This document shows positions 26,721-39,600 of a DNA stretch of 64,000 nt, piece after piece. A program made the position numbers and the translations under genes. How positions within the stretch are numbered: position 1 is the stretch's first letter; every line of letters starts with the position of its first letter. The notes under the pieces were generated by a model. That model was given only the letters and a program-made list of their open reading frames with translations, did not search any database and had not been told where the DNA came from. The stretch is taken from assembly GCF_018350175.1 (NCBI RefSeq), contig NC_058369.1:21268001-21332000 (forward strand). Reading direction: 5' to 3'. This DNA is from Felis catus. Taxonomy: Eukaryota.

Positions 26721-29700
26721 ATTCACGGTGTTTGACCAGAAGTGGCTGCTGTTTGGGGTCTCATGTGCTCCTGTGCGCAACCCGTCTATATGAGAAGAGT
26801 GGGAGCAAGGAAGCTGGGCTCTGCTCCGGACCTGTTGAGTCTACTTCTCTGGGATTTTAGAGTGGTGTATGTTTATTATCCGCCATATATGATACTTAAA
26901 TTAAGTTTGAGAGTTAATTAACTACTTAATAGGAAAAGGGATATGATTCTAGAGCACAGTCACTAAAAACGAAACAAATTGATCATTTGTGTCTAATCCT
27001 TTTGTGACCGGTTTCTTTGTAGAGTTAAAGAAAGCAAGTAAACGCATGACCTGCCATAAGCGGTATAAAATCCAAAAAAAGGTAAGTCCAGTGCTTAGGA
27101 GAACTGTATTAAATATAATCCTAACGTGATTTCTGCTCCACCTCTCCTCCACTAGGAGGTCTGGATTAATAGGATTTCACCTCACGAAACTGAAGTTAAA
27201 TAGACTGTCCATGGGTACAAGTTCTTAGGCATCAGGAATATGGCTGTGGGAAAGTGCAGTAATTTGGTGATAAGAAAGTCTGTAAACTCTGATCAGTATG
27301 TTAACCCTTGCAGAGAATCTTCTGGTGACATTTTTTTTTTGCTACAGCTTTTCTATGTTATTTTACAGGCATAACTAACTTTAGCCAGATTGGCTAGTAA
27401 ATTTCATAAACTAATAAAAATTTTTATTATGATAGGTTCGAGAGCACCATCGAAAATTGAGGAAGGAGGCCAAAAAACAGGGTCGCAAAAAGCCTAGAAA
27501 AGACCCAGGAGTTCCAAACAGTGCTCCCTTTAAAGAGGCTCTTCTTCGGGAAGCTGAGCTAAGGAAACAGCGAGTAAGATATGTTAGCTGAAATTCTGAA
27601 CAAGTGATGTGTGGGTATGTGTATTTTTTGAAAGTAAAGTAATACCAAGTTGCTTTGGCTCACCCTTTTCTCTTATGACTTGGATACAGCTTGAAGAACT
27701 AAAACAGCAGCAGAAACTCGATAGGCAGAAAGAACAGGAAAAGAAAAGGAAACTTGAAACTAACCCTGGTGTTAAGGCATCTAACTTGGAACCTGTGAAC
27801 GAGGTATGATCAAGTGTCTTTGTGAATGAGAGTTCTATTGTAGAAGCAAAAGTACAGACTTAGGGCAGGGGCTCATGTACCTCCTGGGCAGAAAAAGACC
27901 ATTCTCACTCTGTTTTACCTATAGAAATAACAATTGCAGTGCTCCTAATTAGCCATGGAAAGTGGAGAAAGACGTTACAACTGAACTGCTAATTTTGTTT
28001 TTCCTTTGTTTTTTTATCTTGTAGGAATTTGGGCAGCGTAAAGCTAAGAACAAAGCCAAGGCAGGCAAACAGAATCCAAAGAAGTTGTATTGTCAGGAAC
28101 TTAAAAAGGTATTTTAGGGGCGCCTGGGTGGCACAGTCGGTTAAGCGTCCGACTTCAGCCAGGTCACGATCTCGCGGTCCGTGAGTTCGAGCCCTGTGTC
28201 AGGCTCTGGGCCGATGGCTCGGAGCCTGGAGCCTGTTTCCGATTCTCTGTCTCCCTCTCTCTCTGCCCTTCCCCCATTCATGCTCTGTCTCTCTCTGTCC
28301 CAAAAATAAAAACGTTGAAAAAAAATTAAAAAAAAAAAAAAGTATTTTAGTCTAGGCTAGTGTGTAAAAATGATAATGAGGTTGGAAAAGACTAAAGTCA
28401 TTCTTTTTTCCTGTTACCAACCCTGAAAAGGTGGAAGTGGAATTCACTTGAGCTAGAAAAATTTTTCAGAAAGTTGGCTTATCCTATTTGTTTATTGTGG
28501 CTTATTCTATTTAGAGCCTTTTCTGTTTAGCTAAAGGAAATATTCTTGTGTTTTAAATTTTTTGCACAGGAACAGTTTCCCATGAGCATGATTTACAAAA
28601 GTGGTACTTTGTGTTAAAGTAACATGATGATATAGCACATTTTAAAATAGAGTAAAACATGGGGTGCTTAGGTGACTCATTCAGTTAAGCATCCATGGTT
28701 GTTTCAGCTCAGGTCATGATCTCATGGTTCGTGCGATCTAGTCCCACATCCATGCTGTTAGCATGGAGCCTGCTTAGGATTTTCTCTCTCCCTCTCTCTC
28801 TGCCCCTCCCCCAACATGTGGGCACTTGCACTCAAAAATAAAACTTAATAGAGAAAAATACATTATAGCAAGCAGTGTGGAAAAAGTCTCTAAAATACTC
28901 TTGTTGGAAGTATTGTGTGACCTCCTAAGTGAAGGAGGTCAAGGGAGTGTCTTGGCATAGCTGTTCCCCAGAACTCCCATCCCCAATGCCTGTTTTCCTA
29001 AGCTCACTCCCCTCTGTGAATAGAACATGACTGCTGCTCAGCAGTCTTGGCAGGGCCACAGGGGCCTATCAAACTACATAATTCACTATGGGAGGGTAAT
29101 ATGTTCAAGACAGTGGGGTATTTCCACTTTGATGAGAGACCAGAGGCTGCCAAGCAAACTTGTGTTTCACTTTTCTATGAGAAATGATATGTGAACATCC
29201 TTCATGCCAAAGTGAAGACAAAAGATCCAACTTTGAGTTGCAAAGTGGAAAATGCCAGTATACTTGTATGGAGGGTGTTGACAGAGTAAGGGATGCTCCT
29301 CTGATAGTTTCTGCCTTGACAGGTGATTGAAGCCTCAGATGTTGTGCTGGAGGTGTTGGATGCCAGAGATCCTCTTGGTTGCAGGTGTCCCCAGGTAGAA
29401 GAGGCCATTGTCCAGGGTGGACAGAAAAAGCTGGTACTTGTATTAAATAAATCAGGTGAGCAAAAGGGATGTTTTATGTTCCATATGCACTAGTGAGGTA
29501 TGAGGAAAACATGTGAGCAGTCTGATTTTTACTGAAGACTGTTAAGATCCAACTCTGATCTCAGTAAAGCCAGTGCATATGGTCTTGTTGCCAAAGACAG
29601 TGCTGGGCAATGGGGTGGAGGTATTTTCTATAAGAGATCAATTGATTTCAACTTTCTTTTTGGCATTCATTACTTAGCACTTTGTCTTATTCAAGAGTGT

Positions 29701-32700
29701 AAGCTTCTGTACATAGCTTACTGTGCAGTATATTTCACATAGGAAGAGATGGCAGTATGACAGTATTTATGTGAAGTGCAGGTACGTACGGGTTTGAGCA
29801 TCAGGGCCAGGAAAACCCAGAACAGAGACTTGGGAAGCAGAAAGTAATATTGGGATCCACAGTTAGTGCTGGGGCCAGTAAATATGGCTGATATGTGAGA
29901 GTAAATTTTGGAAACATAGCCCTAGAGTTGTAGGGTAATGATCTACAGGTTGACTTAATTCTGAAAGGGTGAGTAGTACAGAGGAGAATTGAAGAAATAC
30001 AGAGGTATAGATACCAAAATCTGTTGAGATAAGGGCAACATAGTGGGGAGCTTACCCTCTCCCCATCTTCCACTTAAATCTTTTTGAAAAAACTGAAGAG
30101 ACAAACCAGAGTGAAATCCAGTTTATCAGATAGTGCATGTTCCTATCAACAAAATTACCAAATTGGAGTATGTGTCTTATTCCTAATTCCTATTAGATTT
30201 GGTACCAAAGGAGAATTTGGAGAACTGGCTAAATTATTTGAAGAAGGAATTACCAACAGTGGTGTTCAGAGCCTCAACAAATCTGAAGGACAAGGGCAAG
30301 ATAATCAAGGTACTCTTCACTGTTAGTGGTGGGAAGTATGGTTCTTTCAGATTTTGGATGGCTGAAATATGATGAGTGTACAAAATCTCGATTAAAAAAT
30401 GAGAACTCATAAGATCCAACTCTGATTTCATCCAGAGATAATCTGAAAGATAATAGTGTGATTTTAATAGCTGGGTTCTGGAACCAGATTGCTTGGGTTT
30501 TATCTGGTGAGTTATCAGAAGTAAACTTAACTTGGAATTTTATTTAGCATTTGAAGTTAAAGAAGAGAGCTCCATTCAAAAATGAAGTCTGTGTTGGGAA
30601 AGAAGGACTTTGGAAGCTTCTTAGAAGTTTTCAGGAGACTTACAGCAAAGCCATTCGGGTTGGAGTAATTGGTGAGTTTCAGTTCAACACATCTTACGTA
30701 TTATCTCTTAAGCGCCGAGAATTTTTCCATGTTAACTGTGTGGGGTTGGTGCTTAATAAAGGGCTTGTTCAAACATTAGCTTCTTGCCCATTTCAGATAC
30801 ACACAAAGAAACGTTAATTGCTGCCTATTTCAGTCTTTTGCCAGATGTGCACTGTAGGAAGTTGGCTTCTGAAATAAAACTAGTTCCCTAGTTTATTTGA
30901 ATTAATCCTCCTACCCTTGATTTCTTGTGCAAGAAATGAAGATGCTAAGATTCGTCTTAGTGTTGAAATGAAGACACTCAGATCCAACTCTGATCTTGCT
31001 CTAAACATCAGGCAAACCTAAAATAAGGCAGTGGAAATTTGGTAATTACCAATTACATAATGCCTTTTGTTCTGTGGATTTCCCATTTGTAGGTTTCCCA
31101 AATGTGGGGAAAAGCAGCATCATCAACAGCTTGAAACAAGAACGGATATGTAATGTTGGTGTATCCATGGGGCTGACAAGGTAAAAGTGAGTTCTTACAT
31201 AATTATAATATTTTATCATAGATGGGTCAATATTTTGTTTTCAATATCTTAAGGAAGACCATTCTTTCTTTAGAGGTGTCAGTGAAAGGAACAGGGTTAG
31301 GTTAGTGCTAGGTTTAGGGAAGAATGGATTCGAGTGGAATAGCTCACATCTAGTTTGAAAGACAAGCAAATAGATTGAGGGGAGGGGAAATCTTTATGGC
31401 AGAGGAAACACCATGCATTTAGGTCAACATATAGGCTATAACGTAGTGTTTCTTTTTAGAAGTAGATGGAGCACCGTTAGGGTTTCAGATAAAACATGAA
31501 GCAAATGATGATAAACTGGATCTGACAGACTGTGTGCTGAGTTTGTTCAATCCAACCCTGAGCTTCGTGTTGTCTCTCATCCTTCAGGTAAACCAGTGCT
31601 CCCATCAGTTACCATCCCTCTTGTTCTAGGTGCATGCAGGTTGTCACCTTGGACAAACAGATCACAGTCATAGACAGTCCAAGCTGCATCGTGTCTCCGC
31701 TTAACTCTGCCAGCACACTTGCTCTGAGGAGTCCAGCGAGTATTGAAATGGTGAAACCAGTAGAGGCCGCTAGCGCCATCTTGTCCCAGGCTGATGCTCG
31801 ACAGGTATAAGAACCTCTTCCCTTGAGCTCCCTTTTCTCTTTCATCATAAGCATTTAAGTGGGAGATTTTTCAAGGCTTTTTACACTGTACCAGATGAAT
31901 GACATTTTCAGTTTTCCTTTTTTTTTTTTTTTTTTTTAAGGTAGTACTGAAATTTACTGTCCCAGACTTTAAGAATCCTCTGGAATTTTTTACATTGCTT
32001 GCTCAGAGAAGAGGACTGCACCAAAAAGGTGGAAGCCCAAATGTAGAAGGTGCAGCCAAACTGATGTGGTCTGAGTGGACAGGGTAAGACTCCTTTCTCT
32101 TGGTATTTTGATGACCACATGGAATGAAGACCACTGGTTTTTGACAAATTTTGCTTTTAATACTAGTGCCTCCTTAGGTTACTATTGCCATCCCCCTACA
32201 TCCTGGACTCCTTCTCCACATTTTAATGAGGGCATCATGACAGACATGAAACAGGGCTTTAATCTGGAAGAACTGGAAAAGAACAATGCACACAGCATAC
32301 ACAGTAAGCAAGGCTTGTGTTTGCTCTCTTCGTTGGCTGACAGGGCAGTAAAAGGTCTCTGTTTACATGGGCTACGTTCCCTCCCTAGGCATCAGGGGCC
32401 CTCGTTCAGCCAGGAGCATCCTTTTCCAGTCTTCAGGTCTAACAAATGGAATAATAGAAGAAAAGGACATTCCTGAAGAACTGCCAAGACAGAAAGAGAA
32501 ACAGCAGGAGGAGGGGGAGGACCACAACGACCTTGACAGTGACCAGGAAAGTGTTGATGAAGAAGCTGATGTAAGTATGTTGCACACAAGTTGCTTAAGC
32601 TTGAGTGCATTTTTTATCATTAATAATGTTTAACAAATGGAAAAGGGATGAAAGTAGAAATTAAACAGTTCATGATAGACTACAAAAAAAAAAAAAACAA

Positions 32701-33083
32701 GAAAAAAACCTAAGATTTAGTATTTAAGGTTTGCAATCATTAGTCTTAATTTTGTGTGTCTCGTTACAAGTACCTTCAGAGTCTTTCCAGATGTGCAGTT
32801 AGTTAGATTGAGCAGACAAGGGTTACTAATCTTGCACCGTTTCTTTGTCCCACAGGAAGAGAGCTTAGCCATGGTCCCGGCAGAAGAGACGTGGGCACTG
32901 CCTGAAGAGTTTCAAGCAGGTGGGTTGGTGGAGGGATTTACCAATAACAAAGCGGCATGGTATGGAATTTTAACCTTAACTTTTCTTTTCTCCAATATAG
33001 ATGAGTCAGCACAATCTTATATCTCAGATAAAATGACTGAAGAGGAAGATGATGCTTATGACTTCAGTACAGACTATGTGTAA
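26381..33083 (+). CDS. GNL3: Nucleostemin, circularly permuted nucleolar GTPase, 549 aa
   Basis: Exons 26381-26393, 27023-27081, 27436-27573, 27690-27803, 28025-28108, 29323-29455, 30197-30309, 30548-30671, 31093-31180, 31630-31804, 31941-32083, 32167-32303, 32389-32570, 32856-32919, 33001-33083 total 1650 nt, all GT-AG. Starts [25 protein letters not shown]4 NKSD precedes G1 GFPNVGKS; ends [11 protein letters not shown]. Confidence 0.97.
28118..28341 (+). mobile_element. Young SINEC inserted 9 nt into GNL3 intron 5
   Basis: Near-consensus SINE; TSD AAAAA(G)GTATTTTAG overlaps the exon 5 donor. Confidence 0.93.
29121..29251 (+). ncRNA. Atypical or degenerate SNORD19-family C/D snoRNA-like element in GNL3 intron 5
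   Basis: Same guide AAGATCCAACT (29222-29232), but followed by TTGA instead of CTGA. C-like TTGATGA at 29129-29135. Perfect 11-bp terminal stem TTTCCACTTTG/CAAAGTGGAAA. Confidence 0.55.
29494..29563 (+). ncRNA. SNORD19: C/D box snoRNA SNORD19 (18S rRNA 2'-O-methylation guide, human Gm683), GNL3 intron 6
   Basis: C-like ATGAGGA 29500-29506, D box CTGA 29555-29558. Guide AAGATCCAACT is complementary to 18S AGUUGGAUCUU. Terminal stem TGAGG/TCTCA. Confidence 0.85.
30362..30431 (+). ncRNA. SNORD19B: C/D box snoRNA SNORD19B-like, GNL3 intron 7
   Basis: C box ATGATGA 30369-30375, guide AAGATCCAACT, D box CTGA 30422-30425, stem TGAAA/TTTCA. Confidence 0.85.
30929..30999 (+). ncRNA. SNORD19C: C/D box snoRNA SNORD19C-like, GNL3 intron 8
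   Basis: C-like ATGAAGA 30936-30942, guide AGATCCAACT, D box CTGA 30990-30993, stem GCAAGA/TCTTGC. Paralog letter assigned from recall. Confidence 0.8.
31493..31571 (+). ncRNA. SNORD69: C/D box snoRNA SNORD69 (28S rRNA guide), GNL3 intron 9
   Basis: C box ATGATGA 31505-31511, internal CTGA boxes, D box CTGA 31558-31561. Guide CAATCCAAC is complementary to 28S GUUGGAUUG. Stem AACATGAAGC/GCTTCGTGTT. Confidence 0.9.
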
Positions 33084-33378
33084 CAACCTTGTCTTTTTAG
33101 AAGGTGTTTGTTGGGTTTTGTGGTGTTTTTTTTTTTTTTTACATTTTGAGCAGACTGCTGAGCTGTTCTATTGTGTGTGATGTATAGTTTGTTGCTGTAT
33201 GCCATGAGCTGTGTAAATTTTGTAAATATATATCATGGTACACTCATTCTTTAAAAATGAGGCTATTATAAAGTGTCTGAATTCTATAGCAGCACCGCTC
33301 TCTTAACAACTGGGTAGAAGTATACTTAATCACCTGGAAGCAAACCATCAGACACCTGTTGAAAAATGTAGGTTTCAC

Positions 33379-33384
33379 TTTATT
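33379..33384 (-). terminator. Probable GLT8D1 polyadenylation signal AATAAA
   Basis: TTTATT on the + strand, ~305 nt downstream of the GLT8D1 stop codon. Confidence 0.6.
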
Positions 33385-33688
33385 AACAGATCAGCCCACA
33401 GGTTAATATTACAAAATTAAAACCAAGCAGTAGTGTTGAACTAGCCGTACCATCCCTGTCAGTCCTTCAGTATGGCAGTAAGCAAACATTTGGTAAGGCA
33501 GATGGAGACATTTATAGCCTATCTGGGAAGCTGACTGCTAAACAGGGTAGTTCATCCTCTTTACCCAGCTGAAATGTCCCTCTTTCCATGGGTTGCTGCA
33601 GATAGGCATTGAAGCCTTGCAACTGTTAATTCCCACACATACTGTCTTCCAGGATTTCCTGAGAAATGCTTATAGCATAAATTATGTT

Positions 33689-36600
33689 TTATTTTGTATT
33701 TGAGATCTCCATATGTCTTCGGATCAGGCTGAATTTGCCTGTGGGGTCTGGAATATACCATTTTTCCCAGACATCGGAATAGGAAGCAGTTCTTCCCCAT
33801 GGCTTAAAGTGACCATTCCAATGAAGTAACTTGGCAGCCTTTACAAACTGGGGTGAATATCGTTTTCCAGCACTGGAACCTTACATCGAGAAAAAAAGAG
33901 CCAAATGATTGTACCTAGTACTAGTCAGAAATAAGAATGCTACATCAAACTCCAGAAAACTTAAAGGGAACTGGATATATCCCATCCCTGAGGAAAGACA
34001 CTTAAATTCTTTATTAGTTAGGCCTTTGGTTAATTTTTTCAACTTACCGAGGTGGCGGACATTCCACATGGGGTCAATTGTAGAGTGCTGTTGATAAAAT
34101 ACGATCAACAGAGGTGGTGTTGTGGTGCTGCCAGCCAGTGTTCTGCTGTACAGTCCCTCTCTTGGGGGGACAAATGACAAATGTAAACTGTTAGTGGAGA
34201 ATCCTTAAAAATTCCTCTTAAACAAGACCACCCAGGTTGAAATAAGCATCTTTACAGCATGGTCAGCTATACATACTTACTCTACATTGAGTTTCATCCA
34301 TTTTTCCAGCTGGTTGGTTATATTCTGTCTTTTCCATTCTGTCAAGTTTGCAACAAAAACTCCAGGATTAAATGAGCAGGTGCTGGCTTTCATGGAAAGT
34401 TTACGAATTCTTTCTTTTTTATAGTCAAGATAGCCAATGTAATTATACTAAAACACAAATGGGATATATAGTAGGTTTATTGCTTCAAACAGAATAGATG
34501 TAACTGATAGCCAGTTAAAAAAAAAAAACCTGCTTATTAAACTACTCAGATTATTAGCAAAGGGGCTCTGTGTAAAGCAATGAAAAGTGACATTTGGGGG
34601 ATGCCTGGGTGGCTTGGTCAGTTAAGCATCCAACTCTTGATCTTGGTTCAGGTCATACGGAGCCTGCTTGGGATGCTCTCTCTCTCTCCCTGCCCTTCCT
34701 GCACACATGTGCCCATGCTCTCTCTTCCCCCTCTCCAATAAACATTTTTAACAAAACAGTGACATTTTGGATTCCAAATTAACAATAGGAACCTAGAATA
34801 AACATACTAAGCCAGATGTTCAAGGAGAATCAGGTTGTTAAAATCATGAACCAATCCACAGAAAAGCGGCCTTGAATTTGGGGATGAACTGGGGAATGGA
34901 AAATGTAGCAAAAGTAAAGGGCCCCTTGATTTTGCTGCCTCTCCCCATTACCCTGCAGTATAGAGAGTGGCGTGTCTATGTAAGATCTTGGATAAGTACT
35001 TTACCTGGTTCCCTGCTCCACGGATGACAACTTTGGTAGAGGCTGAGTCACAATCTTCTGAAAATGCAGCTGCATGCCCTGGCTTCAGTGGTGTATTGTA
35101 AAGGGTAAGAATATCCCCTGAAACAGACAAGGTGTAAGATTTAGATTTACTTTTTTTTTTCTTTTAAGATTTACACTTTGAGTTGCCTCAAGATGCCCAT
35201 TCCTCCTACTTAGGATGACCTTTTATTAAGATACCATAAATAAAACAATTGCTACCACCCACACTCTGGATAGAGAACAGCACTAATGGTGACAGTCTTT
35301 GGTACCTTGCACAATTACATCATCATCCATATATATGGCCTTCTTTGCACTGGGAACCAGAATTGGCAAGTAGAACCTTGCAAAGGTTAACTGGGAAAGG
35401 AAAAAGAAAGAGCCATTGGCACAGGATTCATCAGTGACTATGCCTTTATTAGAAACTCCCAGAGTGCTCTCAGTACCCATGCAGGAGAAGACAGCTAAAG
35501 GTCTCTCAGAACTGCCCAACCTTGATCCCCAGGGAACCATACCCAGTTACCCAAGGATTCCAGTCACTTCCTAACACAGTGGACTCCTGAAGAACTTGGG
35601 GTTTAGGGGCACTGGCCCCCTGCACAAAAATCCACATACAACTTTTGACTCTCCCAAAACTTAATAGCCTACTGTTGACCTTACCTATAACAGTCCATAC
35701 ATCTGGTATACATACTATATGCTGTATTAGAATAACGTAAGCTAGGGAAAAATGTTAAAATCGTAAGAACAAACATTTATAGTACTGTATCAAAAAATCT
35801 GCATATAGGTGGACTCATGCAGTTCAAACCTGTGTTCGAGTCCACCAAACTCCAAGTACAAACAAGGATGTATGGAACTCACTGGTTTTATGGATTCCCC
35901 CTGGTCAGGATCCTCCTTGACTTTCCCTTCCAAAAGTTTAGTGTCAAAATCCACAATTTTGTACCTGATGCTTTTCAAGGTACTGCTGCTGAGCCAGGAC
36001 CTGATGAAAATAAAGCACCAAATTTGTTTTAAATAACCCGTGTCCTTGGGGCGCCTGGGTGGCTCAGTCGGTTAAGCATCCAACTTTGGCTCAGGTCATG
36101 ATCTTGCGGTTGATGGGTTCAAGCCCCACATTGGGCTCCGTGCTCACAGCTTGGAGCCTGGCGCCTGCTTTGGATTCTGCGTGTGTGTCTGTCTCTCTCT
36201 GCCCCTCCCCTACTTGCACTCTCTCTCTCAAAAATAGATAAACATTAAAGAAAAATTTTTAAATAACCATGTCCCCAGGAACTCCTGGGTGGCTCAGTCA
36301 GTTAAGTGTCCAACTTCAGCTCAGGTCACAATCTCACGTCATGGTTCGTTAGGTGTGCTAAGAGCTCAGAGCTTGGAGCCCACTTCAGATTCTGTGTCTC
36401 CCTCACTTTCTGCCCCTCCCGCACATGTGTGCACGCGTGCTCTTTCAAAAATAAACAAAAAAAATTTTTAAATAAGTAACTATGTCCCCAAACTACAGCC
36501 TTCTCTGTCTTCCAATGAGGGTATAATGTAGTTTAAGAGAAACCCTGGGGACCATACAGATGTCTTCAAGCCTCTTCTACGAGCCTTGGTTTCCTCATCT

Positions 36601-39600
36601 AAGTGAAGGTATGCCCATCAAACTCCCTGTCTGAACCAAGATTCTGTGGTGATGGAGAGAGCTCCCACCAGGCTCACATTCAGGGTCAGTGCTGGAGAGA
36701 AACCAGTTGAGAACATCCCATCATCATACGGATCAATCAACTCTTGTTTCTCCAAATACGTGGTGAAGAAAATAAGTCAAAATATGATGGCAGTGAAAGC
36801 TAATTTTCGACAAAACTGGTGGCCTGTTCTTTTAGACTCATTAATTCACTGTAATGACTAAGTAATTCCTCCACCAGTGTCTAAGGTACTATCTCTAAGA
36901 AAGTCTGTGTTCTGTAAATGACTGCACATTTTTCCTGTAGTCTCTGCTAGTGCGGTATTTCTACATTATTTTAGATGGTTTTGGAGTTTTTATTTTTTAA
37001 AGTTTATTTTTGAGACCGAGAGAGACAGAGCATGAGCAAGGGAAGGGCAGAGAGAGAGAGGGAGACCCAAAATCTAAAGCAGGCTCCAGGCTCTGAGCTG
37101 TTAGCACAGAGCTGGAGGCAGGGCTTGAACCCACGAGCCACGAGATTGTGACCTGAGCCAAAGTCAGACGCTCAACAAACTGAGCCACCCAAGCGCCCCT
37201 TGGAGTCCTTAAAATATAGGAAAAATAACAACTTTCACAAACTAAACAGGAACCATGGAGAAAGTCACAAGGACAGAAATGTTTTAGAACAGTGACAACT
37301 GTTAGCCTATTAAATAAGATGTTTCTTTGAATATCATAAATCTGAATTCAGAGCATTTTCAAGATCTGGATGACTTTATCAGATTAGGATTCTTTGATTA
37401 ATCACAATTACAGTAAGGAACGTTTACTGACTATTATGTTCTTAATGTTTTTTTATATATTCTCATTTTCAACACAATAATCCTCTAAGTTGGACATTTT
37501 CACCCCATACTTAGAGATGAGGAAATGGGCTCCCAGGGGTTAAGTAATTCTCCCCAGTCACTGGGCCAGGATCCGGATTCTCGTCTATATGCTCACTTCA
37601 CCACACCACCTTGCCATCGTTCCCCTGAACCATCCCACTCTAGAACTAACTACTCAGGGTGTGTCCATGAGATAAGGAACTTGTAACAGAATGTAAATCA
37701 ACATATTGCTTCCTTCACTGAGAAATTATTCCTAAAAAAAACCCTTGATTTAATAATGTGTGTATGACTGAATTAATTTACATCTTGGTACAAATTCCTT
37801 ATATTCTTTCTCCTGCCACAGGGATGTGTTTATGATAATATCACATGGAAAAACCTCTCGTGCAGTTTTTATGTGGTATGATCTCAATTGTATAGAAGAA
37901 GTATACACATATGGAAAAAAACATTCCTGGATTGGCAGCTGGCCTGTTCTAGAGCATCCTCTAGAAGCAGAATCATCAGGCAAGCAGAGCTCACCGGAGA
38001 TGGTCTGCTGTACCATTGAGCGTAACAATGTAAAACATCACATTGGAGCGAGTGTTGTGCTGAATGCTGTTTATGGCTGCAATGGCCCCCCCGAGCCTAT
38101 CTTCAGATGCAGCGATGACCACAGGAATCTCCTCTTGTCTCCCGTCTACAGCTTGTCGGGGAACATTTGGGACAAAGTCTATGGGCTGAAACCCCACAAT
38201 TCCTGAATCTGCAAAGAACACACACAAGGAAAGTATTGTGATACAAAACCTCATAAGCTCTTGATCTAGAGCCCAAGACATGATAAGAGGTAAGGTGAGG
38301 ATTATACTTACTTCATTCTCCCCCCATTACAACATGAGGCATATAGCCCAGAAACTCTGTGTTTTCCTATGTGTGACAAGGCTTTTGGAAAAGTAGAAAC
38401 ATTAAAAAAAATATTGGTGGACTGAATTCTGATACATTACTGGTGGGAATACAATAAAATCTTTCCAGAATGTCTTTTTAGCAATTTGTATCAAGAACCT
38501 TAAACAGGTACATGATCTCTGACCCAGTAATTCCCCTTGCCTCTCTTAAGTACAAATCTGAGAGGTAATCCAAAGTCACAAGTGTGTTTATAATTGTGAA
38601 AACTTAGAAACCGACTAAACCATTTTTTTTTCAAACCATGAACTATGTCCCATAAATAGGCATGAAATCAATTTAGTGGGTCACAATCAGAATTTGAGTA
38701 GAAAAGCAATTCCTGAATTGGAACAGAGCACCAAATCAGAAAAGTATCAGACCACACACCACACACAGCAATTCTAAGTACTGTTTTGTAAACGTTCCTT
38801 TTTGCCTTTTACAATATATATTCATTCATTTACATTCATTGGACACTGGGCATCTAATATGTGCTAGGCATTGGGGTCATAGCCATAAGTAAAACACAAA
38901 TCTCTATCACCACGAAGGGTAGATGGACAATAAGCAAATACACATGTATATTTGGGTGCTATCTATAACATGTTTCTTATTGTGGGGATGCCATCAAAAA
39001 AAGGCTGAGTCACATTGTTCCAAGACTATTTTTCCTGTGGAAAACAAACTATGTGGCATTAAAATTACATATGAAGAATATCTACCATCACAGTGACTTG
39101 CTTCAGATATAATCACATGGAAAAACAGGTCATTGCAGTTTATATATTACATAATCTCATGACAGAAAAAATACATACACAGAAAAAAAAGGCAGGAAGG
39201 TACTAAGCCAAAATTTTAGTAATAGCTGTTATCTAGGCAATGAAATAATTTTCAATGAAAATTTATTGAGCACCTCCTGTGTACTAGCCATCATCCAACT
39301 ACATAGGAGATAAAGCAGTGAACAAAGTATTCTCGTGGAGCCTGAATGCTGTTTTCCTTTTTCTAAATGTTCCCACCAAGAGCATACATTATGCATACAT
39401 TATACATATCCTACTTACTTGCTTAATGTATGTTGTATGTACATATGTAAATACATACTGTTATTTCAGAGCACTCTGTGAAGGTCAGGCAAAAACTATT
39501 CATCTTTTCTTGTTCTGGTCAACTAGGGTGGGTAGCAACCGCAAAATGATTCTTGACAAACATCCTGAAACCTCCCAATATTGCAGTAGAGCAATGGAAT

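Noticed and set aside
28620..28660. Isolated ATGATGA (C-box-like) in GNL3 intron 5
   Set aside because: No paired D box, guide or terminal stem; immediately followed by a SINE.
29121..31571. Regularly recurring AGATCCAACTCTGA motif as a CRISPR-like or tandem array
   Set aside because: Spacing follows exon-intron structure and the motif is the snoRNA guide plus box D. The sequence is eukaryotic with no cas genes.
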